64,000 nucleotides of DNA from Thecamonas trahens ATCC 50062 (Eukaryota; Protista; Apusomonadida). Below, piece by piece: positions 1-15,000 of the stretch (position 1 is its first letter; each line of letters opens with the position of its first letter). The DNA lies in NCBI RefSeq assembly GCF_000142905.1, contig NW_013657660.1, positions 73,698 through 137,697 of the forward strand. Reading direction: 5' to 3'. The position numbers were made by a program, and so were the translations under genes. The notes beneath the pieces are model-generated. The model was not told the origin of the DNA. It made no database searches and saw only the letters and a program-made list of their open reading frames with translations.

Positions 1-3000
1 GAGTACTCTTCAAGCCGCCCAGCTTGCTGAGCAGACTCGCTTTGAACGGCATGCCGGACCTCACCGAGCTGCTCGGAGAGTGACTCAATCTCGGCCCGCA
101 GCTCGCCGATGATGACCTCGTACTGCTCGCGGTACCCAAGTACCTGGCTCCGCATTTGCTCTATCGGCTGTGATGCCAGCCGCTCAATCTGCTCGTGCAT
201 CGTCACCACGGTCCGCTCGTACTCGGCCAGCCGCGTCATCACCTCGTCGTCCACACTCTCCGACTCAGCATGCAGCTGCGACTGCAGCGACGCAACTTCG
301 TCGCGCAGGTCGCTGATGATGGCCTCGTACTCGTCGCGCGCTTCCAGCGGGTCACGACTCGCCGCCAGTGGCGCGTGTTGCACAAGGCTCTCCGCCATCT
401 GGCGAACCACAAGCATGCTGTTCTCGTACTCGGCCAGCCGTTCCAGCGACAGTCCTGCAACTTGCTTTTCAAGCGCTGCAACGTCTGTACGCAGTGCCTG
501 ACTGGCGCCGTCGTTGCCCATATTTTGCACCATTGGCGACGCCACAAGCGCTTCAACGTAGAACCGCAGCTCGTTGAGTGCGCGCTCGTAGCCGGCAACC
601 CGGGACGCCTCGATGCCTTCCGCAATCACCAGCTCTGGCGGCGACCGCGCACCAAGCTCCTCTAGCTCGGCAGTCAGCCTCTGCACTGTCGCGCGATACT
701 CGACCAGGCGCTCGGCATTGCCGTCGGAACCACGCGGCGATGCCACAGGCGACGATGCCACAAGCATCTCTAGCTCCGCGCGCATGCTGCCCAGCACAGC
801 TTCGTAGCTGGCTGTCCGCGCGGCTGCCTCGCTGTCGACCTTGGTGACAACAAGCGGCGTGACCATTAGCGACTCTAGCTGTCCCCGCGCATCAGCTACA
901 CGCTCTTCGTAGCCTGCAACATCAACCTCGGGGCGTTTCGGCGCAACTGGAACTATTCCAGTAAGCTCATCAAGCATACCACGAACCTTTGCCACGGTTG
1001 CCTGGTACTCAACCACCCGTCCAGCATCAATATGGCTTGCACCGCTCCGCGGCGACGTCACAATCAGCTCTTCGAGCCCGTCACGCACGCCCACCAGCGA
1101 TGCCTGGAGCCGTGCCAGCCGCTCTGGCTGCGCAAGCACCTGCGCCTCCAGCTCCGCCACTCGCGCCCGCAGCAGGTGAACATCTTCATCCGCCTCCAGC
1201 GGTGCATGACTCACCACCGCAACTCCATCACCCTCAGCTCCATCGCGCTTAGCTGCGGGCGGACCCATCGCAATCAGCGCATCCATCTCGTCGCGAACCT
1301 TGGCAACAGTCTCCCGGTGCTCAGCCACCCGCCCAGTATCAGTCTGGCTGCCACCGCTTCGCGGCGACGTCACAACCAGCTCCTCGAGCCCGTCACGCAC
1401 GCCCACCAGCGATGCCTGGAGCCGCGCCAGCCGCTCCGGCTGCGCAAGCACCTGCGCCTCCAACTCTGCAACTCGCGCCCGCAACGCATCCCGCTCACGC
1501 TGGTGAGCACTCCGGCTCCTCACCTGAACATGGGCCGCCTCGAGCTCGGACTCGAGCTCCTGCACCCGCTGACGGAGCTGCTCCACGTCCTCTCCGTGAC
1601 GATCCTCATCACGCACAGCATCTGCGGTCACGAGCTCAACCAGCTTGGCTTCGAGCTCCGTTACCTGCGCCTTCAGCTCGCTCACCGCGACGTCCGCGTT
1701 CTGCACCACTTCGTTGGCAGCAAGCGAGACCACGGTCACCGCCCGCTCGTAAGCAGCCACGCGCTCCGCTCGGCCAATCACCACAGCCTCCAGCCGTGCA
1801 ACCTCGTCTCGCAGCTGAACAATTCCATCCGCCAGCCGCAGCACATGACCGGGACCGGGGTTCTTCAGTTGCGCCAGGTTGCGGGCTTCCTCAGCATCGA
1901 CATGCGCGTCGAGCATCGCCTCCGCCGCCACCCGCGCCTGCGTTACAGCCTCTACGTACTCAGCCAGCTGCTCGGCCTCGACGCCGGTCGGTCGAGCCTC
2001 ACGCGCCTTCATCGCCCGCACCTCATCCTTGAGGATCTCCACCACCGACGTGTACTTGGCTAGATCTGCCTCGCTCGGCCCGACCCGCACAAGCACAGGA
2101 TCCTTCGCCTCGGCCTCGGCCACAGCCTCGACATACGCCTGCTCAGCCGCGGCACGCGCCTCCGCCGCCGCCGCCCCAGACTGCGCCTGCACAAGTGCAA
2201 TCACCGCGTCGCGCGCCTCGTCAATCGCCTCCTGGTACGACGCAATCTTGTCTGGCCCAATCGCCGCCGCGCTGCGGACCCGCGCTTGCAGTGTCGTCAC
2301 TTCGTCGCGTAGCATCTTGACAATCTCCGTGTACCGCGAGACGTCGGCCTCGCTCGGGCCAGTTCGTGGCATCATCCGCGCCCTTTCGGCTGCAGTCTGT
2401 GCCTCTACAAGCGCCGTCACCGTAGCTTGCGCTGCCGCAACCGCGCCAGCGTACTCGGCCAGCTTGCCTGCCTGCTCGCCAGTTGCACCAGTCACTTGAA
2501 ACTGGAGTGCCTCCACCTCGGCTCTGAGATCTGCCACCACTGCCACGAGCGCACCGGCGTGCTCTGCCTGCTCCGCCGCTCCAGTTTCCTGCTCCGCAAG
2601 CTGCTCCTGCAGCCGCGCCACTTGGCCTTTGAGCTCGGCCACGGCGCCGGTCGACTCTCGCCCGGCATCCAGCTCGGTTTGCAGCGCAATCAGCACCTCC
2701 ACCTCGTTGTAGGCTGCCTGCACCGCCTCATGATACCCGACCACACGCTCCGCGACCACACTCGGGCTCTCAGCCACCGGCGCAGTCTCGCTTCGCACCG
2801 CGGATACCTCGGCAGAGAGCACTTCTACCTGGTCCTTAAGCATGTCAACCACATGCGCATACTGTGTCACCTTGGCGTCGTTTGCCACGCTCTTGGCCCG
2901 CTCCTCCTCCAGCGCAATCATCTGCAGCTCCTCGCGCTCCGCCTGCTGGCTGACAAGCTCGCTCGCCGCCGCACGCGCAGCATCCACAATCGCGTAGTAC

Positions 3001-6000
3001 TCGGAAAACACCGCACGGCCTAAGCCCTCGGACCCGCGCGTGTTGATCTGCGTCCGCAGCGAGACAATCTCTGTCTTGAGCATGTCCACAACCTGCGCGT
3101 ACTGCGCAATGTCATGTGTTGATGCTCGCGCCTCGTGCTCTGACTTGAGCGCCACGAGCGCGTCCATCTCCTGCCGCAGCTCCGAAACAACTGCCGCGTA
3201 CGTCGCAACTTGCTCCCTTGCCACGCCTGACTGAACAACAGCTATCTGTGGCGACGACACTGCCACAGTCTCATCATCCGCCTCAGAAGCGCGCACCTCC
3301 ACCGGAGCCACTGCCTTCGCCTTCTCATCCCCCAGTCCTCCGCGAGACACGCTCGCCTCGTGCTTGGCCACAAGCTGCTCAAGATCGGCGTGAGCCTTCT
3401 CCACAACAGCCTCGTAGCTCGCCACCCGATTGTGGAGGGCAACGATGGTGTTCCGCGCTGCGCTCTGTGAAGCCACAAACATATCCAGCTCGGCGGTAAT
3501 CGCCTCGAGCTGTGTGTGATACGACGGCATTAGCGACGCTTCCGCAACCTGCGACGCCTCAATGACCCGCAGCTCGTGCCGAAGCTCGGCAATCGTAGCC
3601 TCATACGCCCGGATGAGCTCCTGCGCTGTCGCCAGCTCGGCTTCGGCGTCGTCAAAGACAAGGCTCGAGACAACTCGCTCCAGCCCGTCCTTGGGCGACG
3701 AGAGCTGGAGAGAAGCCGCGGCAGAGACCGACAATGCAACCGACTGCAGCGCCTCGGCACGCTCACGCGCCAATCGCTCGCGCTGCTGGCTCTCCGCAAG
3801 CTCTGCCGCGAGCCTGGCCACGTCCAGCTCAACCTCACCCATCCGCGCACGGGTCGAAAACAGCTCCTCCAGCGTCCCACGCGCCGTCGCAATCTGCGTC
3901 CGCCACTCCTGAATCCGCGCAGCCGACGCCTGCCGCGCTGTTGCATGACCCACGAGCCCAGTCACTGCCGACGATGCACGCTTCAGCATGAGGTCGCGCT
4001 CCTGGAGCTGCGCTTCGTATGCCGCCCGCTCGGCTTCCATATCGCGGTCGAGCTCGGCCAGGTTCGCCTCGTACTGCTCGATCATGGTGCTCACCTGCGC
4101 ATGCACTGCCGCCATCGATGCCATGTCCTCCCGGAGCGCCATTACACGCTGCGTTTCGGCCGACGCTCCACCATAGCTCACTGCTGCCTGCCGCTCCAGC
4201 TCCGCTAGCCTCGCCTGGTCGGCCGCCCGCTCCTGCTGCAGGATCGCCAGTTCCTGCCGCAGATGCAGCACTTCCGGCACCACTTCACCTTGCGACGAGT
4301 CCCAACCGCCGTCGACCAGCGAGAGCGACCGCTGGAGAGCCCCAATCTCGTCTGCAGCGTCGGCACCGGCAGTCGCACCCGAGTCCACTCGCTTGCTGAG
4401 CTCTGCAAGGCTCTTGCGCGCCCCAACAAGCTCGTCGAGACTCGCCTCGTCGCCGGCAGCAATCACCTTTCCCAGCTCGTCCAGCTCGACCGCTGTCTGA
4501 CCCAGAACCTTGAGCGCCCGCGCCCGGACTGCCCGCGCCACCGACGGCTCGTCAGCCTGCGCCTCGGCCCGACTGCGCAACGACGCCATACGGTCCTGCG
4601 CGATGCCGAGGATGCGCATCGCCGCAAACCGAGCCTCCGTCGGCGTCATGTTCTCGGCCGCGGTCTTCTTTGCCGAGACGCTAGCTCAACGTGGACATCG
4701 GCCAACTGCTCGCGCAGCGCGTTCTGGATGTCCATCGCCTCGTTGACCACGGACTCGGCCTGTGCACGGGCGCGAGTCAGCGCGGTAGCGGTGCTGCCAG
4801 GAGTGACAGCGTCACCATGCCCGCGAGAACGAACCAGCGCACTCTGCTGTAGCTGCGCCTCTGCCCGGCTTGCCCGCGCTGATGCATCAGCAAGCTCAGC
4901 GAGCAAAAGACGAGTGTCTTCGCCTGAGCCAGCCGCGATGCGGTGGAGGCGGCGATGCTCAAAGAGTTCGCGCTGTACCTCTTCCAACTCACCAAGGAGG
5001 ACCATCTCGCGGTCGGACGCCGCCCCAGCCTCGCGCGCCGCGGCCAACTCGTCGCGCAAGACGGCGTTTTCCACCGCAGCGTCGACATGTCCTCAATCTC
5101 GTCGTCGTCATCAGCAAAGAGCCGCGAAGAGTCGCCATAGCTCGAAACACGGCGCTGAATCTCGCGCAACTCGGCGGTCTGCTGGGAAAGCAGTGACTCG
5201 ATGTCGTCGTCTGAAGTCACCGGCTCGCCCGTTGTCAGGCTCGCAAGTGACTGGCGGGCTGCAGCGAGCGCCTCGGCAGTTTCGGCCGCCGCCGGCTCGG
5301 CCTTGTCCACTGCAACCGCAAGGTCACCCAGCTGCGCCTTGGTCTCATTCAGCACCGCCACAGAGCGGGCGCGGACGCCCGAAGCCGACGCCCGGACGGC
5401 CTCATCTTCCAACACCCGCATGCGCAGCGCAGCCATGCGTCCCTGAGCAATACCAATTGCCCGTGCCGCACGCTTACGAGCCACACCAGGCGGAACGCTC
5501 ATATCAGGCTCGGACGCGGCCGCGAGCTGCACACGCAGCCGCGCGTTCTCAGCCCGCAGCGCATCCTGAGCGTTCTGGGCAGCGTCGACAACCTCGACGG
5601 CCAGTGCGCGTGCCTTGCTGGCCACAGCAGCCCGTGCGTCGATCGCAGCTGGCGGAGCATCGACGGGGCCACGCGTGCCAGCACACTCTTAAGCGCACCA
5701 ATCGGGGTGCGCGCCTCCGAGAGCGCCTCCAGCTCGACCTCCAGATCGTCGATATGCGCAGCGATCTCACCGGCGCTCGCGTCTCCACCGAGCTCGAGAG
5801 CACGGATTCGGTTGTATGCAGCCTCCAACTCTTCACGCAAACCTGCATCTGAAGTCTCCATGGCATCGACGAGCGCAAAGGTGAGAAGCCGGACCTCGGA
5901 GAGCTGGGTCAGGCGAACAGGAGCCGCGACCGCAGGGTTAGCTGGCCTGTCGTCGTTCTCGCGAACCGCAGCATGCAAGTCGGCCATATCAGAGCGAGCC

Positions 6001-9000
6001 TCCGCAACATCGGCCATGGCAGTCTTAACCGTCTCGACCACCGACTCTAGTTGAACAATGCGGTTGTTGGCTGCTAGAAGCTGGTTGACTACTGCGGCTG
6101 CATCCGGCTCGGCCTCGCCGACCGCCACTAGCGCGGCCTGCTCCATTCGTGCTGACTGCTCCTCGGCAGCCTCGAGGGCCTCGACAAGCTCTGTGATGCG
6201 GAACTGTGCCTCGCTCGCCTCGACGACGACAGCCTCGACGGCGGTGAGGCCTGTCTCGAGCTCGCGAATGCGGTCGTGGGCAGCCGCGAGATCGTCTGCT
6301 AGCTCAGACTCACGCTCTGATGTGGTCATGTTGCCTGCCCGGGCTGCAGCTTCCTCGAGCTCACCGATACGTGCACGAGTGGCCGCGACATCGGCCATGG
6401 CACTCTGAACCGTCGCCACAACAGCCTCGAGCTCCAGAATGCGATCCCGGGCAGCCAACAAGTTGGCGCCCATGGCGTCGGGCCCCGCCCCGGCACTCGA
6501 CGGCGCGACAAGCGGAGAGACGGCGCTGGCAGCAAGCTCGGAAACAAGCTCGGCAGCTTCGGCCACAGCGGCCAAGTGCAGGCGTTGCGCCGCCACCGAC
6601 CCGGTGGCAGCAGTTTCCAGATGACCCATGCGCAGCCGCGCTGCCTCGACCTCGGCCACAGTGTCCTGGATAGTGGTCACTGCAATCTCAAGCTGGGCAA
6701 TGTGCGCATGCGCCGCAGCAAGCTCCACTTTGAGCGTCGCCGATGACGGCGAGTCGGTGCGGGCGTGATTGGCTTCAGCCTCGGCCTCGAGCTCGATGAT
6801 GCGGGCCTGTGCTGCCTCGACCTCGACCACAGTGTCGTCGATGGAGGCAACAGCAGACTCGAGCTCGACGATGTGGGCATGTGCCACGTCGAGCTCCTGT
6901 TCTAGGCGCGGCACGTCGGCCATAGCAGCCTCGAGATCGCGCTCGAGTTCGAAAATGCGGTCTTGCGCCGAGGAGACATCCGTGAGCGCACCTTGGACTA
7001 CCGCAACAACCGACTTGAGCTCGGCAATCTGGTTGCGGGCCGTGGTGAGCTCGGACTGCAGCTCGGTCACAGTCTTGGTTTCGTCCAAAGGTTGCGACGT
7101 AACCGTTGACTCCTCCATAATAGTCGGCAGCGCCAGTCCAAGCGGCTGGCGCCGCGATTCGAGCTCAACAATGTAATCGTTGGCAGCGGCGAGGTCGGCC
7201 TCCAGGTCAGCGACGCGGTCCTGGGCCTCGGCCACGTTGTGCATGGCATCCTTGACAGCGGCAGCGACTTGCTTGAGCTCGGCAATTTGGGCGCGCGCTT
7301 CATCCAGCTCGGCGCGCAGTTCGACTGCGGCTGCGCTACCACCAGCCATGGCTTCAAGCTCGACCTCAAGGCTGGCGATGCGCTTCTTGGCAAGCGCAAG
7401 CTCTTGCTCGAGCTCAGTGACGCGCTTCTGGGCAGAGGCCACATCGGCGACGGCGTCCTCGACGGCGGCGGCTACCTGGCGGAGATCTGCAATCTGGGCC
7501 CGCGCGTTGTCAAGATCGGCTTGCAACTCGGCTTCAGTCGAGTCAGGCGCGAGGTGGGGCCGCGACGGACGGGCCTCGAGCTCGGCAATGTGGTCGTCGG
7601 CAACCGCAAGCTCATGTTCGAGCTCGTCGACGCGCTTTTGGAACGACCCGACATTGGCCATGGCATCCTGAACTACCGCGACAGCATGCTTAAGCTCGGC
7701 AATCTGAGCATGGGCCGAGTCGAGCTGCTCCACGAGGTCGGGGCGCACAGCGTCGGTGTCAGTCTCAAGCTGGGCAATATAGTCGCGTGAGGCGGCCAGC
7801 TCAGCTTCGAGAACCGCGACGCGCTCGCGGAGATCGCCCAGCTCGGACGGTTGCGACATGAGTGCCAACTGATCATGGGCTGCGGCGAGTTCGGAGACCA
7901 CCAGATCGGCGGCGGCCTGGACATCTACCAGCTGCAGAGTCGCATTCTCAAGCCGGGACTCGAGCATGCCGGCACGCCCGGGCCCAGACCCACTTGCTGG
8001 AACAGCCTCAAGCTCAGTCTCAAGCTCAGTAATCCGGAGCTTGGCAGCAGTCACATCGGCCATGGCGTCGTGAACGACAGAGACAACCTGCTCAAGATCG
8101 GCGATTCTGGCATGAGCAGCGGTGAGGTCAGCGCTACTAACCTGACGCTCAACCGGCGAATGCGCATCAGAATCGACAAGCGAAAGCTCAGTGGATGGAG
8201 CCGACTCGTGCTGAGCAATGCGGGTACGAGCAGCGTCAAGCTCAGCCTCTAGCACAGCCAACCGCCTCTGAGCCGCCTCGGCTTCAGCAACTGTCTCTTC
8301 GACAGCAGCAGCAACAGGCTCGATCGCAGAGATATGGTGGCGGGCTGCAGCTAGCTCCGTCTCCAGCGCCACAACTCGCCCCTGCAGGTCGGCGTCGCCT
8401 CCAGACTCCAGCTCTGCAATACGGTCACGGGCAACTGCCAGCTCACCGACAACGTCATCAGCAGCCTCCTGCACGGCCGCGAGCTTACCGACTGCAGCAC
8501 GCTGTGAGGCAGCAAACTCTGCTGCATCGGCTTCCAGCATGACGTTGCGACGCTTGGCGGCAGTTACATCATCCATGGCTTCGTGAACAACGGCTGCAAC
8601 ATGCTCGAGCTGCACAATCTTGGCGCGCGCAGCCCCAAGCTCGTCTTCGGTCTCGTCTTCGGGGTGGTTGACTCGGGCGCGACTGCTGGGACATCGACCG
8701 GAGACGCAGCTGCCTCGAGCTTGGCGATGTGATCACGAGCAGCGCTGAGCTCGACTTCCAACACAGCCACCCGCTCCTGAACGGCTTCTGTCTCGGCCCC
8801 TTCTCCTCGGCGGCAGCAGCAGCAGCCTCGAGCTCGGCGATGTGATCACGAGCAGCGCTGAGCTCGACTTCCAACACAGCCACCCGCTCCTGAACGGCTT
8901 CTGTCTCAGCCCCCTTCTCCTCGGCGGCAGCAGCAGCGGGCTCGAGCTCGGCGATGCGGCTGTGGGCGGCCGCCAGCTCACCAACAACATCATCAGCAGC

Positions 9001-12000
9001 TGCTTGCGCAGCCGCTAGCTTGTCAATCGCTACAGGGCGCAGCGTAAGAGAGCCTGACACATCTGCATCGGTTACAACCGAGTCGACAGAACGAGCACCC
9101 GGTAGGAAGTCGCGGGCAGCCTCGAGCTCGGCCTCAAGCTCTGCATTGCGGCGCTTGGCGGCGGCCACATCATCCATGGCTTCGTGAACAACGGCTGCAA
9201 CTTGCTCGAGCTGCACAATCTTGGCGCGCGCAGCCTCAAGCTCGTCTTCGGTCTCGTCTTCGGTTTCGAGAACGGGGGTGGTTGACTCGGGCGCGACTGC
9301 TGGGACATCGACCGCAGACGCAGCTGCCTCGAGTTCGGCGATGTGATCACGAGCAGCGCTGAGCTCGGCTTCCAACACAGCCACCCGCTCCTGAACGGCT
9401 GCTGTCTCGGCCCCCTTCTCCTCGGCGGCAGCAGCAGCGGGCTCGAGCTCGGCGATGCGGCTGTGGGCGGCCGCCAGCTCACCAACAACATCATCAGCAG
9501 CTGCTTGCGCAGCCGCTAGCTTGTCAATCGCTACAGGGCGCAGCGTAAGAGAGCCTGACACATCTGCATCGGTTACAACCGAGTCGACAGAACGAGCACC
9601 CGGTAGGAAGTCGCGGGCAGCCTCGAGCTCGGCCTCAAGCTCTGCATTGCGGCGCTTGGCGGCGGCCACATCATCCATGGCTTCGTGAACAACGGCTGCA
9701 ACTTGCTCGAGCTGCACAATCTTGGCGCGCGCAGCCTCAAGCTCGTCTTCGGTCTCGTCTTCGGTTTCGAGAACGGGGGTGGTTGACTCGGGCGCGACTG
9801 CTGGGACATCGACCGCAGACGCAGCTGCCTCGAGTTCGGCGATGTGATCACGAGCAGCGCTGAGCTCGGCTTCCAACACAGCCACCCGCTCCTGAACGGC
9901 TTCTGTCTCAGCCCCCTTCTCCTCGGCGGCAGCAGCAGCGGGCTCAAGATCAGCAGCATGGGCACGCACAGCATCAAACTCAACCTCCAGCTCGGCCACG
10001 CGCTCAGAAACCTCATCAGTTTCGGCCGCCTGGAGCGCGACAATGTGATCATGTGCAGCCGCAAGCTCACCAACCACGTCGTCGGCTGCAGCCTGCAGAG
10101 CTGCCAGCTTCTCCGCGGCGACCTCATACTGGCGATCAACGACGTAGACCTTGGTCGCACCAATGCCCGAGGGTACACCCGACTCGACCCCAGCCACAAA
10201 GTCACGAGCAGCAGCCAGCTCGCCCTCCAGCTCGTCGATTCTGTGCTTCGCGGCGGCGACATCAGCCATCGCATCGTGGACGGTTGCCACAACCTGTGCC
10301 AGCTCGGCGATCTGAGCGCGCGCTTCCACCAGCTCGGCCTCAGTTTTAGCGACAACCTGATGGGCCTTGTCAGCGGGGGCTGCATCCTGCGATGCGTGAG
10401 CGGTAGCGAGGTCGCCGACGACATCATGCGCGGCGGAATGCACGTGAGCGAGCCGTGCAGAGGTCTCGTGCAGCTTGGTCTCCAGGAATCTCACCCGTTC
10501 GCTGCTACGGCGCGCAGCGTCGTGTGCAACTGCGGCATCGCCAACGACTGTGCTTGCTGCAGCACGTGCTTCGTCCAAGCGACGTGCAGCGTTGCACAGT
10601 TTGATCTCGAGTGCATCGACGCGTCCGTGCTCGGCGGCTTCAGTTGCATGCAACGAAGTGGTCTCGGTGCGTGCGGCGACGGGCTGCGCCTCGAAGTGAG
10701 TCAGCCGCTGGGCACCGGCGCGAGCATCAGCAAGCTCGGCCACAACAACATCTGCAGCAAGACGCACGGCGTGCAGCTGCTTGATGCGAGACTGCTGCAG
10801 ATTGCTGTGGCGCACATCACGCTCATGGGCCTCGACTAGGGCCATGTGCTCCCGGGTGGCGTTGACGTCGTCCATGGCGCGGGTGATGGTATCAACGACA
10901 AGCTCCAGCTCTGCAACCTGGCGACGAGCCATGACGAGGCGCTTGTGCTCGGCGACGGCGCCCTCATGCTCGAGTTCGGCCACGCGCGCCCGGGCGACGG
11001 CGAGTTCGTCGACAACACGAGAGGCGGCGGCCTGGACAGCGGCTAAGTCGACAAGCCGGGCCTCCTGCACGTCGGGCGGGAGGGCGATTGCTTCGCGAGG
11101 AGCCACACGTGACGGATCAGCGGCAGTCACAGTGCGGATTTCTGGACGTGATTCAGGCGCATCGGCAGCGTCAGCCTGGAGCTCGATCAGCCGGGTCTCC
11201 AGTGCTCCCACCTTGAGCGCAAGCACCTTTGTCTCGGGCTCCAGCGCGACGAGGCGAGCTTCCGCTGCCTCAAGCTCGGCAATCCGAGCCCTGAGCGTCT
11301 CTTGCTCAGCGTGACGACCTGCGTCGTCAAGGTCATTGCCTGCAGGACGAGCAGAGTGAGACTCGGAATGGACAGGTGTAGACTGCATCCGGGGCATCTC
11401 ATGTTCAGCGGCAAGCGTCGCGACAGGTTCCTGCTCGGCGGCGATCGCATCAATGAAGTCTGTCTCGGTGTTGTGGGCGTTGAGAACCCCAGCCTGTACT
11501 TCCAGCTCGACAACCCTTGTCTCGGCAACTTCCAGCTCGGCGACCCGCGCCTCGGCAACCGCGAGCTTCGGCTCAATCTCGGCAACCTTGGCCTCGGCAG
11601 CCTCGAGCTGCGGCTCAATCTCGGCGACCTTGGCCTCGGCAGCCTCCAGTTCGGCAACCTTGGCCTCGGCAGCCTCCAGCTTCGGCTCAATCTCGGCAAG
11701 CTTGGCCTCGACAGCCTCCAGCTCGGTGACCCGCGCCTCGGCAGCCGCGAGCTGCGGCTCAATCTCAGCAACCTTGGCTTCAGCAACCTCCAGTTCGGCA
11801 GCCTTGGCCTCGGCAGCCGCGAGCTGCGGCTCAATCTCGGCAACCTTGTTGGCCCTGGCAGCCTCTAGTTCGGCAACCCTGGCCTCAGCAGCTTCCAGCT
11901 TCGGCTCAATCTCGGCAAGCTTGGCCTCGGCAGCCTCGAGCTGCGGCTCAATCTCAGCAACCTTGACCTCGGCAGCCTCCAGTTCGGCAACCTTGGCTTC

Positions 12001-15000
12001 GGCAGCCTCGAGCTGCGGCTCAATCTCGGCAAGCTTGGCCTCGGCAGCCTCCAGCTCGGTGACTCGCGCCTCGGCAGCCGCGAGCTGCGGCTCAATCTCG
12101 GCAACCTTGGCCTCGGCAGCCTCGAGCTGCGGCTCAATCTCGGCGACCTTGGCCTCGGCAGCCTCCAGTTCGGTGACCCGCGCCTCGGCAGCCGCGAGCT
12201 GCGGCTCAATCTCAGCAACCTTGGCTTCAGCAACCTCCAGTTCGGCAACCTTGGCCTCGGTAGCCGCGAGCTTCGGCTCAATCTCGGCAAGCTTGGCCTC
12301 GGCAGCCTCCAGTTCGGCAACCTTGGCCTCGGCAGCCTCCAGCTCGGTGACCCGCGCCTCGGCAGCCTCCAGCTTCGGCTCAATCTCGGCAAGCTTGGCC
12401 TCGACAGCCTCCAGCTCGGTGACCCGCGCCTCGGCAGCCGCGAGCTGCGGCTCAATCTCGGCAACCTTGGCCTCGGCAGCCTCCAGCTCGGTGACCCGCG
12501 CCTCGGCAGCCGCGAGCTGCGGCTCAATCTCAGCAACCTTGGCTTCAGCAACCTCCAGTTCGGTGACCCGCGCCTCGGCAGCCTCCAGCTTCGGCTCAAT
12601 CTCGGCAAGCTTGGCCTCGACAGCCTCCAGCTCGGTGACCCGCGCCTCGGCAGCCGCGAGCTGCGGCTCAATCTCGGCAACCTTGGCCTCGGCAGCCTCC
12701 AGCTCGGTGACCCGCGCCTCGGCAGCCGCGAGCTGCGGCTCAATCTCAGCAACCTTGGCTTCAGCAACCTCCAGTTCGGCAACCTTGGCCTCGGCAGCCT
12801 CCAGCTTCGGCTCAATCTCGGCAAGCTTGGCCTCGACAGCCTCCAGCTCGGTGACCCGCGCCTCGGCAGCCGCGAGCTGCGGCTCAATCTCGGCAACCTT
12901 GGCCTCGGCAGCCTCGAGCTGCGGCTCAATCTCGGCGACCTTGGCCTTGGCAGCCTCCAGTTCGGCAACCTTGGCCTCGGCAGCCTCCAGCTTCGGCTCA
13001 ATCTCGGCAAGCTTGGCCTCGACAGCCTCCAGCTCGGTGACCCGCGCCTCGGCAGCCGCGAGCTGCGGCTCAATCTCAGCAACCTTGGCTTCAGCAACCT
13101 CCAGTTCGGCAACCTTGGCCTCGGCAGCCTCCAGCTTCGGCTCAATCTCGGCGACCTTGGCCTCGGCAGCCTCCAGCTTCGGCTCAATCTCGGCTACCTT
13201 GGCCTCGGCAGCCTCCAGTTTCGGCTCAATCTCGGCAACCTTGGCCTCGGCAGCCTCCAGCTTCGGCTCAATCTCGGCAACCTTGGCCTCGGCAGCCTCC
13301 AGTTTCGGCTCAATCTCGGCAACCTTGGCCTCGGCAGCCTCCAGCCCGGCAACCCGTGCCCGCAGACTATCAGCCTCACCGGCGAGCTCCCCAAGGCATA
13401 CAACAAGCTCCTCGGCACCATCCCGCACCGCCTCTACGTCTGCAAGCGCCCAGCCAACTCCGCGCTGCGCACCGGCAACCAGCGCGCTCTCCGCGGCCTC
13501 TCGCGCCGCCTCCACCTGCGCGAGCCAACTCTCCATTTTGGGCGAGCCAGCGGCCCGGCTCTTCCGCAGCGCCTCAACAGCCCGCCGGTGCATGCCCACT
13601 TCCGACGCGTACACCTGAAGCATCGCCTCGGCGTCGCCAAGCTCCACCCGGAGCCGCTCGTTCTCGCGTGCGAGCCTCCGCGCCTCGCCCGGCGTGAGGC
13701 TGCTCAACTCGGGCTCAACGAGGTCCAGCGACGTGTCCTGCACCACCTCGCCACTCGCTGGCGTCGCCATCTGGCTCTGGAGGTGCAGGCCTCCCAGCAG
13801 CGCCACCTGCTCGATGAGCGCCTCGACCTGCGCCTGCAAGTGCGACGTGATGAGGAGCGTCGACGCGTGGTGGTCTTCTGCCGCCGATGCCGTAGACACC
13901 AGCTGGGTGTGGAGCTCCTTCTTGTCAGCCACCAGCCGTCCCAGCTGGAGACGGAGCTTGTTAACAGCTCCTGCGAGCGCCTCGCGCTCAGCGCACAACG
14001 TCTGATTCTCCGACGCGAGTGCATCGTTAGCATCCTGCACCGCTGCAGACTCGGATGCGAGCTGCTCATGGCCCTCGGCGAGCCATGCGTTTGACGCCTC
14101 GAGCGCAGCAACCTGGTTGGCGAGCTGACGCACTCGGTCCGCCAATTCGCCCTTTTCGAGCACGCTCGTCTCGAGCGCGCCGGCCAGAGCCGTTGCCGCC
14201 GCGCGCGCCTCGCGAACCGATGCCAACCGCAAGCCAACCGCGTCGCGCGAAGGACCGGCGTTTGCCTCACGCACTGCATCGTCGAGCCGCCGCTGGAGCA
14301 CCGCAATGTGGGTGCTCGCCTCCTGCTCCTCGTACATTGTCTCGTCCACAAACGCCGAGAGCACAGGCAGTGCCTCGTGTAGCGCAGCCACCTCGTCTTC
14401 AACCACAAGCTCGGCCGCGTCGGCCTCCGAGCACGACCCGCCTGACGAGAACGAGAGCGACTCGATCGTCGTCGCTGCCTCCAGAGCTGCCCGCAAGTGG
14501 CTGATCTCGTCCGCAGTCCCCGTCTTGATCCGCGTGTACGCGCCTAGGAGCGCCTCAAACTGGACCCGGAGGTCGTCGTACAGCGCTTGCAGCTCCGCGT
14601 GTGCACCACCCAGCGCATGCAGCCGGTGCGCCGCCGTTTCTGACGCCGCGTACAGCTCATCGCGCTCGGCCACCAGTGCCCGCCGGTCCGCGAGCGCCAC
14701 GTCCAGAGACGCGTTCTCACTCTCCAGCCTCGCAATAGTCTCGGCGGCTGCTGCCGCCTCCTGCCGCAGCTCATTGAGTGACTCTTCGGCGTCGACAAGC
14801 GCTGCCTGAAGATGGCCCTTGCGCCGTGTCACCATCGCCGTCTGCGACGTCATCGACTCGAGCTCGCGCTGCGCCACGTCCAGCGCAATGACAAGGTCGG
14901 CCTTCTCAGCCTGGAGCTGCGCCTTTTCGCGGGTGAGCGTCGTAACCTGGCCACGCAGTTGCTTCGACGGGCCCGACGGCGACGATGCCACCAAGTTTTC

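Noticed and set aside
1-4680. Apparent lack of a long ORF, suggesting non-coding DNA or stop-codon reassignment
   Set aside because: The minus-strand frame reads as protein and runs off the window edge, so the ORF caller omitted it. Genes here end in TAA, TAG and TGA normally.
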